Source: Candidatus Obscuribacterales bacterium (GTDB lineage: Bacteria; Cyanobacteriota; Vampirovibrionia; Obscuribacterales; Obscuribacteraceae). From it: a stretch of DNA of 64,000 nt. Position 1 is the first letter of the stretch. Each line of letters opens with the position of its first letter. Shown here in pieces: positions 48,179 through 57,700 of this stretch. The notes below the pieces were generated by a model that made no database searches, was not told the DNA's origin, and saw only the letters and a list, made by a program, of their open reading frames with translations. The DNA lies in assembly GCA_965228855.1 (NCBI GenBank), contig CBDDIJ010000005.1, forward strand, positions 1,312,001 through 1,376,000. Direction: 5' to 3'. A program made the translations under genes and the position numbers.

Positions 48179-49261
48179 TTACCAATCGAGACGAGAAGTC
48201 GGATCGAAAATACCGATTTTTCCGGACGTGCACCGCAAACATTCCGGTCCTTCAAACTCATACTGGCACACTTCGCAAATGCTCTTTGCATACCGGCTAT
48301 AGTCTTTCTGCGGCTGCTGAGCCTTTTCAACCTGGGGCTGTTGTTGCTGCTGACCGTACTGGTCGTGACCCTGCTGTTGCTGCTGCCCGGACTGCCCATA
48401 GCCGGCATTCGCCTGACCGTACTGCGCTTGCTGCTGGCCTGCCTGACCGTATCCGGTGTTAGCCTGTTGGCCACCGTATTGCTGCGCGTACTGCTGCTGT
48501 TGAGCATACTGTTGCTGCTGAGCGTACTGTTGCTGTTGATACTGTTGTTGCTGATAAGCCGCTTGTTGTGCGGCTTGCTGAGCAGCCGCCTCCTTCGCCT
48601 TGAGCTCAGCCTCTTGCTGAGCGGCAATTTGAGCGGCTAGCTGGGCCGCCTGAGCCTGAGCTTCAGCGTATTGAGACCCCTGATTCTGACTAAGCGCCGC
48701 TTGAGTCTGCGCATATTGGTTCGAATAGGCTGCGTTTTGCCCAGCCGCGACGGTCGCAGGCTGAGGGACCGGGGCTGCAGCCGGTGCAGGCTGTCTGGCG
48801 ACGTAATAGTTATAAATCTCGGCAGCCTCTGCGGGGCGCTGCAACCACTTCAAAAGCTCAATGAGATTGGCTGCGATCTGCTGGCACTCAGCGTGGTCGA
48901 TCCCCAGGCTCGACGCGAAGATCCTGGCGGCTTCCTTGGCGTACTGTACGACCCGCTCGTACTGTTTAGTTTGATAAGTGGCCGCAATCAGGTTTTTTAG
49001 CGTGCGGGCAATTTCGACGTTGTCCGCGCCATAAAGCTGGACTTTCACTTTCGCGACATATTGGTAAATCTTTTCGGCGTCTGCAAACTTATGTTGCATG
49101 AACGCGAGCCACCCCAGTGAATCAAGCGCCGTACAAATCCTTTCGAGATCCTTCGCCTGACGCGCTTCTTTGAACGCCTGGTAAATGATTCGCTCTGCCT
49201 CGGCGTAATTGCCCTGCGCAACGTATTGCGATGCTAGATTACAGTACTCCTGCCAGCTCAT
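48179..49261 (-). CDS. TPR protein with Q/A/Y/G-rich low-complexity region and C-terminal Zn-ribbon
   Basis: Start MSWQEY (ATG 49261); KLC-type TPRs; QQQQYA repeats; CEVC-x7-CLRC. Confidence 0.82.
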   Translation of the reverse strand: MSWQEYCNLASQYVAQGNYAEAERIIYQAFKEARQAKDLERICTALDSLGWLAFMQHKFADAEKIYQYVAKVKVQLYGADNVEIARTLKNLIAATYQTKQYERVVQYAKEAARIFASSLGIDHAECQQIAANLIELLKWLQRPAEAAEIYNYYVARQPAPAAAPVPQPATVAAGQNAAYSNQYAQTQAALSQNQGSQYAEAQAQAAQLAAQIAAQQEAELKAKEAAAQQAAQQAAYQQQQYQQQQYAQQQQYAQQQQYAQQYGGQQANTGYGQAGQQQAQYGQANAGYGQSGQQQQQGHDQYGQQQQQPQVEKAQQPQKDYSRYAKSICEVCQYEFEGPECLRCTSGKIGIFDPTSRLDW

Positions 49262-49653
49262 TAGGTAGTCGGGCCCGCCGCTCAATATCTGGGTATGTGT
49301 TCTATCTTCCCAGCACATTTAATCTTTTAACGTTCATAGAAATAGATGTCTACCTATTTCTCATATTTAACTTATTACCAGACATTGAGACGCGGATAGA
49401 GCGAACGCTGTCAAGAAGCGCTTAAGGCGCCAATCGGCAGAAACCTTCACAGGCGCCAAATGTGCAGCATTTTTGCAAAGCGCCGGGTTTGATCACAAGT
49501 AAAGCGAATGCCATTGCCAGGTCGGTCAATCACTCCCGATACTTCGCAAATCCGGCATAGGTTAATGACAATCAAGGTTATGGCGACAATTTTTAGAGAG
49601 AATAACCTACTTGGCTTCTGCGAAAGGAGAGCCTGTTCTGCCCTGGTGCTCGT

Positions 49654-52521
49654 ATGCAGACTTCTGTCGACACGTCCAAACCCAAAGACGAAAAACCGCA
49701 TCCCGCGTCCTCAGCCTCCTCAGACGCGGCGTCTATGCGCTTGTGGCTAATCGCAATCTTTGCGCTCGCCCTGGGCATTCGCAGCTGGTTCGCCTTTGCG
49801 GACGGTCACAGCGCCATCGTATTCTCCTGCGACGCCTCGGAATACTTACGAGACGCCCGAGGGCTAGCTCAGCTTCTAACGAACAGCCCCAACTGGACCG
49901 AAACCATTCGATTACTGGGCAACAGCCTCTCCACTCAGGAAGCCGTTCAGCTCCGGCAACAGTTCGCGCCGGTCAAAGAGCTCGCGATTGCCGGTCCAAT
50001 TTTTCCGCTCGGACTCCTTATCAGTTTTGCCAGCTTCGGTCTGCCGGTTGCCCAGACCAACTGGCATGCACCAGTTATCTTTCAAATCGTCATCAGCGCA
50101 CTCACTTGCACACTGATTGCTTACATCGGCAAGTTCGCCTGGAACAAGAATTCTGGTATCGCAGCCGGTATCATAACAGCACTTTATCCAGGATTTATCG
50201 TCAACTCGATAAGGATGTACTCAGAGTCGTTCAGCTGTTTTCTGCTTTGCGCAGTAGTGGCGCTGGCGATACCAGTACTGAGCAAGAACGGCATGTTCCA
50301 CTCGCTGACAGCAGGCGCCTGCCTGGCATTTCTTCAACTCACCCGCTCGGTCATGGTGCTGGTAACCGGTCTCACATTCGCGCTCACCGCCTGGCTCAGC
50401 CCCGGAAGGAGCAGAATCTTGCGTCTCACCGGATTACTCTTAGGCATGGCGATAGTCTTCGCGCCCTGGCTCCTTTTTCAACAGCTCGCTTTCGGTAAGA
50501 GCTCCCTCGTCGTTGACAGAGTCGGTCACTACAACCTCTTCATCGGCACCAACATCTCCACGAACGGCTACCTGTCCTATCCCTACCCGGACGGTCGCGG
50601 CATAGAAAAACTGTCTTACGGTACACTGGTCGGCGCCCAGATAAAAGAGAGTCCGATTCGATTCGCCAGATTGATGCTAGACAAGCCGCTTCGCCTTCTG
50701 AAATTCCCGTGGAACGACTTCCGAACCCCGATCGGTCCTTTTGGCATGCCACCACAAGTGGTTTTCCACCAGCTGATGCTGGCATTCGCGGCGATTGGCG
50801 CCGCCCTCTGCCTGTTTGAAAAAACAGAAACAGCCGGCCGCCTGCGGTTGAAACTTCTTCTTGCTTCTTTGCTGGGCATGCACGCCGTCTATCTCGCATT
50901 CATCACCGTCCCGCGGTACAACCTCACTTCGATTCCGTTTATCGCTCTCTTCGCCGGTGCCGGTTTGGTTACAGTGGCCTCAGCAATATGTAAATCCAAA
51001 ACAGAAAACGCAGACTCGAACCTTTCAAGCTCGGCAGCAATAGCCCTTTGTAGCGCAATCGGATTGTCTATGTTCTTCGCCCGCATCGACTGGTTCTCAA
51101 CCATACTCGTGCCGTTGAACGCTTCACCTGTAGTGGCATTCGCCGTGACTTCAGCCATCAAAGCCTTACCGCTCATCGCATTCTTCACAGTCCTCTTCAT
51201 CACGGCATCGCAATTGAAAGAAAACTATCGCCATGTCAAATGGGTGTCAGTTGCACTCGCTCTCGTGACGGTGCCTCTATGTTCATTGCCGTTCCATTCA
51301 CACGGCAGAAACAACGAATGGACTCTGTCGAGTGGTTCCGCGCATGTAGCCAAGCAATTTATCCCACTGCCCGCGGAGAAACTTGAATCGTTAAAGACAC
51401 GTGATTGTCTAATCATCGTGGACAGTTCCAACTGGCAAGGAATCGGCAATGGTGCCCGCTTGCTTGTCAACGGCGTTGAGCTGAAAGGCGCAGCCTTTCC
51501 GCTAATGCCATTCACTCAAAATCTTAGCGAAACCAAAAGCCGAGGAGCGACTTCGAAGGTTGAGCAGCATTATTTAGAGTGCGAAGACATTTACTCATCA
51601 CTCACTGCCGCTGCCGGCGGTGGCAATCTCGATTTACGACAGTGGTTCGCAATCCCGATACCCGCGCAAGTTATTGAAACTGTTATACGCCAGGACGAAC
51701 CAGGTTTAACAATCGAGCTAGAACAGAAGCCTTCGTCCGGCAGCGAATTGTTCGGCATTTTTGTAGACGCAAAAGACAAAGAGGTTCGCATTCCAAGCGT
51801 GGCAAGATTCAGCTGGGAAAAGGCTTTCTATGCGGTTGAGGAGGAGAAGGGCTTTACGGACTCGCGTTACGACGACCGCATTGCAATTTCAAAGCCGACG
51901 CACCTTCGCACCTCCGGCGATACCACCGACTGGATTCGCATCCCTCACATCAGATTACTGATAGCCCCGCCAGCCCCTGCACTCGTTTCCCCGGAGAAGG
52001 AAGAAGATACAACTGTTAGAGTAGAGTTGAACGTGACGTCGAGTTCAGATGCCAACACAGGACAGGCTTCGATAAGCGCGAAGCAGTTAGAGGATGCCGT
52101 CTTCAAGGGGGGAACGATGGTCGCATCTGTTACCGCGAAGATCACCTCGAAAGAAACCGAGGCCAAGAATCTTCCCGTTGCGTTTTCTGCGACTTTCCAA
52201 TCGACTGACGAGAGCGGGCGCCAGCATCGCTACCGCAGCCCCTGGGTACCTACAAGCGTAGTCACATCACCTGGCTCAAACACTTATAGTTTCTCTCTGC
52301 CGTTCAACAAAGCAGCGCTCCCGGGACGCCTGGACAGTATCACGGTGCAATGCACTCCGGGCGGTGTGGCAAGCGGCACCGATTTCTTCGGTGTTAACGG
52401 GCCAACAAGATCCCGCATCCCGAGCGGCACCTTGGACGAGAAACACCATTTAGACTCGCTTACTCTGAATGTTTTCAGCATTAAATCAAACCCGATCGGA
52501 TATGGCTACGAAGTTCTCTGA
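49654..52521 (+). CDS. ArnT/PMT_2-type GT-C glycosyltransferase with large C-terminal soluble domain
   Basis: CDASEY, ALYPGFI...YSESF, LTRS, YNLFIG, PRY; many TMs then about 400 aa soluble region. Confidence 0.8.
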   Translation: MQTSVDTSKPKDEKPHPASSASSDAASMRLWLIAIFALALGIRSWFAFADGHSAIVFSCDASEYLRDARGLAQLLTNSPNWTETIRLLGNSLSTQEAVQLRQQFAPVKELAIAGPIFPLGLLISFASFGLPVAQTNWHAPVIFQIVISALTCTLIAYIGKFAWNKNSGIAAGIITALYPGFIVNSIRMYSESFSCFLLCAVVALAIPVLSKNGMFHSLTAGACLAFLQLTRSVMVLVTGLTFALTAWLSPGRSRILRLTGLLLGMAIVFAPWLLFQQLAFGKSSLVVDRVGHYNLFIGTNISTNGYLSYPYPDGRGIEKLSYGTLVGAQIKESPIRFARLMLDKPLRLLKFPWNDFRTPIGPFGMPPQVVFHQLMLAFAAIGAALCLFEKTETAGRLRLKLLLASLLGMHAVYLAFITVPRYNLTSIPFIALFAGAGLVTVASAICKSKTENADSNLSSSAAIALCSAIGLSMFFARIDWFSTILVPLNASPVVAFAVTSAIKALPLIAFFTVLFITASQLKENYRHVKWVSVALALVTVPLCSLPFHSHGRNNEWTLSSGSAHVAKQFIPLPAEKLESLKTRDCLIIVDSSNWQGIGNGARLLVNGVELKGAAFPLMPFTQNLSETKSRGATSKVEQHYLECEDIYSSLTAAAGGGNLDLRQWFAIPIPAQVIETVIRQDEPGLTIELEQKPSSGSELFGIFVDAKDKEVRIPSVARFSWEKAFYAVEEEKGFTDSRYDDRIAISKPTHLRTSGDTTDWIRIPHIRLLIAPPAPALVSPEKEEDTTVRVELNVTSSSDANTGQASISAKQLEDAVFKGGTMVASVTAKITSKETEAKNLPVAFSATFQSTDESGRQHRYRSPWVPTSVVTSPGSNTYSFSLPFNKAALPGRLDSITVQCTPGGVASGTDFFGVNGPTRSRIPSGTLDEKHHLDSLTLNVFSIKSNPIGYGYEVL

Positions 52522-55343
52522 TGATAAATCTGCGCAAACTATTATCTAACCCTCTGATTTACGTCACGATTCTAGCAACCGCTGTTCTCATCTGCTTTGG
52601 AAGAACCCTGGGTAGTTATTTCCTCGCCGACGACTTTGGCGAAGTCGCGTATGTTTCCAAAATATTCGAAGGTGACTGGGCAAGACTCTGGAGCAATTTC
52701 ACCGGCAACTACATGCAAGTGCCATCCATGGCAGTCTATCGTCCCTGGCTACTGATGACGCTTTTCTTCGATTATTCTATTTGGAAAACAAATGCCGCCG
52801 GGTACTATGCGACGAATCTTTTGCACTATCTCGCCTGCACGATATTGATTTTCACGCTAGTCAGACTGCTCACATCCTACTGGGGCAAACTGCGATCCAA
52901 TCTTGCCGCCACATTTTCGGGACTTCTCTTCGCGGTCAATCCGCTGCACTGTGAGAGCGTATCCTGGGTAGTCGGGCGCGTTGATATAGTCTGCCTGACC
53001 TACTACTTGTTAGGCCTTGTCTCAGTCGCTTTGTATGTCAGAAATCAGAACAAGAAATGGTTGATTCTGACATTCGCGTCTTTCTGGCTGGGAATCCTCA
53101 CGAAGGAGATGGCCATCGCACTGCCGGTGACCGCAACGGTACTCGCGTTTCTCTGGGCCAAACCTGACAGCTTTCAAAACCCAAAATCTAACGTTCTCAA
53201 TTTTCAACCGGATGAAAACAGTCAAGAAGCCACTCAAATAGGCAACGTGACAGACAGTGGCACGAGTGAACCATCCCGCGCAACCGCGCTTGCAGCGTTG
53301 CAGAAACTTGATCAAGAACTACAATCGCAGCATTCTTCTTTAACCGCATCATCTGAGAGTCCCACCCCCGCGATTGCAAAACCGATTGCTTCGCCCGCAA
53401 ATCTATCAGGAACGCCATCTTCCAATTCGCCGTCGAGCACACCCGTATCGCCGCTCAGTCCCTCTATCTTGATGGAGAAAATCAAGGTGACAATCCCTGT
53501 CGCAGGCATGCTCTTTGCCTGCACAGTTGTTTATTTCATAATCAGGTACGCAGCTCTGGGCACCATAACTGGTGGCTATACCGGCAGCATCGGTGACAGC
53601 CAGATCTCAGGCATACTGCAGAAGTGGACTGATCTGGACACCATTTCTCGAATCCTTTTTCCATTCAATCAATTTGTCTTCGCTGACGACACCGCGCACA
53701 AAACGATGCTAACCGTTTTATACGTCGCATTGGCAGCGCTTGCCGGAGCTAGACTGCTTGTCGGTGCCACACCGCGGCGCTGGCTGGTTTTCCTGTTCTT
53801 CGCCACCGTCGCCGTACTCGCTCCTATCTACCAATTATGGGGCATCGGTTACAACCTGGAGGGCAGTCGCTTCGTTTTCTTTCTCACGGTACCGCTATCC
53901 ATGCTGTTTCCGATTATTCTGTTTGCACCGCTTGAACGACGCGCAACTGCAAGCGAATCTACAGCGGCAAACAAAACTCTCAATGGAGCCGGCATAAAGA
54001 TCGTTGCGCTTTCAGTCCTGGCGTTAATTGGTTTGACGGTCGCGTACGCTAAGACTACTCTCCGCAACAACATTCCGTGGATCCATGCAGGGAAACAAAC
54101 TGATGCTATAACTAAAAAAGCTCAGGCTTTATCGAAGTCGACACCGGACGGTAGTTTAGTATGCGTCGTCGGCATCCCCAAAGATGAAGGCGGCGCCCAT
54201 ATGATCTTGAATGGTACAACGTTCAGACATCTGATTACGCCTCCTTTTGCAGGACCAGGCTTGACCGGTAAGATTCTGACTTTTGAACCGGTCCTTTTCG
54301 GAAATCCGGAGAAGATCGATACAGCTCATTTCAAACAAGCCCTGAACTTGAAAGATGTGAGAGCTTATTACGTATGGGACATGGACAAAAAGGACTTTAT
54401 TCCCTTCGATCCAGGTGCCTCACCCGTGGTACCACAACCATTTAGAATTCCACTTTCCTCTGGCTCGACGAAAGAAACTGGACCGTCCAATTCAGGCATG
54501 CTGACCGGCTCTCTGGCATCATTCCCGTACACACGCCAACGAGGCGATGTCGATGCAAAAGGGCTGGTGGAAAACGCGAACGCTGGTCTGGGTATTCGAG
54601 TGAGTGGTTTGAAATTGCGTCCGGCATCGTTCGACTACATGGTGATTCATGGCAAATTGCCAGGCAATTCCACTTTTCGCGGCACGAAATGCAAAGTTTA
54701 TATCGAGTCTATTGACGGAAAGAAAACTGATTTCGAATCAAACTTCTTCGTAAACGACGAGTCGATTCGGATACCGTTATCGGCATACTGGCGCTTCTAT
54801 GCCGCCGGCGAATTGGCGAGCATAGTTGTTGATCTTCCGCCGATTTCCGAACTTGCTATCGATGGTGTCGCGCTCCTACCCGAGAGCTTTGTAGCCCCGA
54901 CCGTCACAGCAGTGGGCAGGCATACTTCAAACGAAGGCTCCTTTGTAGTCGACAACAGAATCAACAGACCGAAGACGCTGGGCTCGTCGAAGAACAGTGA
55001 AACCAATGTCGTAGGGGCAAAAGAAAGCGCGAATCCATCGACTGAGAACAAAAAAGCAGTCACGATAGCTGTCGACGCGACCCGCCTCCTAGACACCCAG
55101 TCAATTGAAGTCCAGGTATTGCGCAAGAACTTTTTCTTTGACAATTTTACATCTGAAGCTGCGCTGAAAAACGGCACAGAGCAAACCTTCAATGCAACTG
55201 GAAATATTGCGACTGTGAACTTACCTGCAAAATTGTTTACGTCAAGCGGTTACATACAGCTTCGCGCCCGCGCACTGGACGAAACAAAACAGCAAACAGG
55301 CGAGTACTCCGCACCAATCACTCTAAGAGTTTTGACCGATTGA
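52521..55343 (+). CDS. TMTC-like GT-C glycosyltransferase with large C-terminal soluble domain
   Basis: FLADDF, YRP, NLLH, LFAVNPLHCESVSWVVGRVD, LTKE; TGATG-coupled to the upstream gene. Confidence 0.8.
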   Translation: MINLRKLLSNPLIYVTILATAVLICFGRTLGSYFLADDFGEVAYVSKIFEGDWARLWSNFTGNYMQVPSMAVYRPWLLMTLFFDYSIWKTNAAGYYATNLLHYLACTILIFTLVRLLTSYWGKLRSNLAATFSGLLFAVNPLHCESVSWVVGRVDIVCLTYYLLGLVSVALYVRNQNKKWLILTFASFWLGILTKEMAIALPVTATVLAFLWAKPDSFQNPKSNVLNFQPDENSQEATQIGNVTDSGTSEPSRATALAALQKLDQELQSQHSSLTASSESPTPAIAKPIASPANLSGTPSSNSPSSTPVSPLSPSILMEKIKVTIPVAGMLFACTVVYFIIRYAALGTITGGYTGSIGDSQISGILQKWTDLDTISRILFPFNQFVFADDTAHKTMLTVLYVALAALAGARLLVGATPRRWLVFLFFATVAVLAPIYQLWGIGYNLEGSRFVFFLTVPLSMLFPIILFAPLERRATASESTAANKTLNGAGIKIVALSVLALIGLTVAYAKTTLRNNIPWIHAGKQTDAITKKAQALSKSTPDGSLVCVVGIPKDEGGAHMILNGTTFRHLITPPFAGPGLTGKILTFEPVLFGNPEKIDTAHFKQALNLKDVRAYYVWDMDKKDFIPFDPGASPVVPQPFRIPLSSGSTKETGPSNSGMLTGSLASFPYTRQRGDVDAKGLVENANAGLGIRVSGLKLRPASFDYMVIHGKLPGNSTFRGTKCKVYIESIDGKKTDFESNFFVNDESIRIPLSAYWRFYAAGELASIVVDLPPISELAIDGVALLPESFVAPTVTAVGRHTSNEGSFVVDNRINRPKTLGSSKNSETNVVGAKESANPSTENKKAVTIAVDATRLLDTQSIEVQVLRKNFFFDNFTSEAALKNGTEQTFNATGNIATVNLPAKLFTSSGYIQLRARALDETKQQTGEYSAPITLRVLTD

Positions 55344-55481
55344 AATCACCGCGGTTTCACAATCCGACAGCGCCTCCGCTACTGAGCTGAAACGCCGCGT
55401 CCGAGCCAGGTGATACGGTATGACTGGAGGATAGATGCCACGCATGGTAGAATCCGTTTCGATTGGCAATGGCAGCGGAAT

Positions 55482-56414
55482 ATGAAGGCATTAGTAATTG
55501 GCGGTAACGGTTTCATCGGCACGGCACTTGTCGACCAATTAATTGGTCGCGGGATTAAGGTCAGAGTTTTCGACCGCTATCCCAGCCGCTACAAAGAGCC
55601 AGTAGACGGCGTCGAATACATGATTGGCGATTTTGCCAATCACGGTGAAGTGTCCCAAGCGGTTCAAGGCATCGATTGGGTTTTCCATTTAGCGTATACG
55701 ACGCTTCCGGAAACCAGCAACGAAGATCCGGTCTACGACGTGCGTTCCAATGTCATAGACACTATTCAACTATTGCAAGAATGTTGTAATGCCGGCGTCG
55801 ACAAATTTGTTTTCGTATCTTCGGGCGGCACCATATACGGTGTCCCTCAATGCGTACCGATCAAAGAAGAACACCCGACCGAGCCAATTTGCTCATATGG
55901 CATAACGAAGCTAACAATCGAAAAGTACTTGCACCTGTTTCACCACACTAAAAAACTTGAGTATTCCGTCGCACGTATCGCAAATCCTTATGGCGAGCGC
56001 CAGAACCCGAATTCTAAGCAAGGAGCGGTTGGCGTTTTCCTCGGGTGCATAGCTCGAAAGCAGCCCATTACCGTTTTCGGTGACGGCGAGATTGTTAGAG
56101 ACTTCATCTATATCTATGACGCAGCGGACGCACTCATCGCCTGCGCAGACTACGTCGCATCAGAAAAGGGACCACGTGTGTTTAACATCGGTTCCGGAGT
56201 CGGCTACAGCTTGAATCAAATCGTGGACACGATTAGAAACGTCGTCGACGTCGAAGTAAAAGTCAATCACACTCCTGCGCGCCAGGTGGACGTGAAGTCC
56301 AACGTGCTAGACATCGAGCTTGCCCGCAAACTGCTCAAGTGGGAACCGAAAGTTGACCTCGAAACAGGCATCAAACGCGCCTGGGATTGGACCAAGTCGC
56401 TTAGCCTGGTCTAA
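55482..56414 (+). CDS. NAD-dependent epimerase/dehydratase (GalE-like)
   Basis: MKALVIGGNGFIG, SSGGTIYG, YGITK, RIANPYG, RDFIYI. Confidence 0.92.
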   Translation: MKALVIGGNGFIGTALVDQLIGRGIKVRVFDRYPSRYKEPVDGVEYMIGDFANHGEVSQAVQGIDWVFHLAYTTLPETSNEDPVYDVRSNVIDTIQLLQECCNAGVDKFVFVSSGGTIYGVPQCVPIKEEHPTEPICSYGITKLTIEKYLHLFHHTKKLEYSVARIANPYGERQNPNSKQGAVGVFLGCIARKQPITVFGDGEIVRDFIYIYDAADALIACADYVASEKGPRVFNIGSGVGYSLNQIVDTIRNVVDVEVKVNHTPARQVDVKSNVLDIELARKLLKWEPKVDLETGIKRAWDWTKSLSLV

Positions 56415-56614
56415 CGTTTCACGAGAGCCAATTCTGAATCAGTTCTAACCTGTTTACATCACGATCAAATTTCCAGGGGCGCAAATTCCGGCAAGTAGGC
56501 AAGAGCGCCGAAGTTTTCAAGCTTGGAGAAATCTAAGAATTGACACATTAGAATTGCCAAGTTGACCGCGCAACTTACTGTGCGCGACAATTTGCCATTG
56601 TTGGAAACCAGGGA

Positions 56615-57670
56615 ATGAAACAGCCAGTGACTACTTCCGCAAAGCAAATTGATCTTTCGGTCATAGTAGCGGTTTACAACGAAGACCCAAGAAACCTTAT
56701 AAGGCTTCTCGAGCGCCTGGACGCCAATATTCGTCCCCTCGACCTGTCCTACGAGGTCGTCTTCGTCAACGACGGCTCCAGAGACATCGCCACCAGCGCC
56801 CTGCGGCAAATCGCCGCCGAATGCGCCAATATCAAACTCATTGAGTTGTCGCGCAACTTCGGTCAGCAAGCCGCAATCACAGCCGGACTTGACCACACTG
56901 AAGGTCGCATGGTCGTCAACATGGACTCGGATCTTCAAGATCCGCCGGAACTCATTCCGACAATGTTCCAGAAGTGGAAAGAAGGATACGACGTTGTCTA
57001 CGCGACCAGATCGCGCCGCAGAGACCGTTTCCTGAAGCGCTCCACAGCTTATATGTTCTACCGCGTTCTCGGCGCGCTCTCCACAGTCAACATTCCGCAG
57101 GATACAGGCGACTTCCGGTTGATGGACCGCAAGGTCGTAGACGCGCTCGCATCTTTGCCGGAGCGCAGCCGCTTCATCCGAGGCATGGTTCCCTGGCTCG
57201 GCTTCAAACAATGCGGCGTCCCGCTCGACCGCGATGCACGCGAGGTAGGCGAAAGCACTTACACTGTCAAAAAACTGTTGCAGCTGGCGGTCGAAGGTCT
57301 GATTGCGTTCAGCGTCGCCCCGCTTTATCTGCTCAGCATCGTTGGCGCATCGCTCATCGGCTTATCAATCCTCGCTTTAGGCGCTATGGCTTTTACCGGC
57401 AGTTTTGAACTCACGAATGCGCAGCTTCTCTGCTGCACCGTATTGTTCACCGGACTGCAAATTGCATGCGTCGGTTTAGTCGCGGTCTACATTTCGAAGA
57501 TGCTCGACGAAGTTCGCAGACGCCCGACCTATCTAGTAGCTCGCCGTTTAGGAACAGGCTTCGAAAATCCAGAAGAAGATCGGACCGAAACAAAAGAAGC
57601 GACACCGGCAGCTGCAAAAGCAAAAGCTACAGCAAAACGTCAAGTCGCGTTTGCGTTCGACAAGAAGTAA
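56615..57670 (+). CDS. GtrB/ArnC-like polyprenol-phosphate glycosyltransferase (GT2 + 2 TM)
   Basis: VNDGSRD, LSRNFGQQAAITAGLD, MDSDLQDPPE, GDFRLMDR, RFIRG, RRPTY. Confidence 0.93.
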   Translation: MKQPVTTSAKQIDLSVIVAVYNEDPRNLIRLLERLDANIRPLDLSYEVVFVNDGSRDIATSALRQIAAECANIKLIELSRNFGQQAAITAGLDHTEGRMVVNMDSDLQDPPELIPTMFQKWKEGYDVVYATRSRRRDRFLKRSTAYMFYRVLGALSTVNIPQDTGDFRLMDRKVVDALASLPERSRFIRGMVPWLGFKQCGVPLDRDAREVGESTYTVKKLLQLAVEGLIAFSVAPLYLLSIVGASLIGLSILALGAMAFTGSFELTNAQLLCCTVLFTGLQIACVGLVAVYISKMLDEVRRRPTYLVARRLGTGFENPEEDRTETKEATPAAAKAKATAKRQVAFAFDKK

Positions 57671-57700
57671 CAGCTCCCCGCTATCCGTTCGATTGAAAAA

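Noticed and set aside
48088..49000. Overlapping ORFs (179, 99, 109 aa) in the Q-rich region
   Set aside because: Frame-shifted or antisense readings of CAG/CAA-rich codons.
49611..50498. 295-aa Arg-rich plus-strand ORF
   Set aside because: Out-of-frame shadow of the GT-C gene, with no motif.
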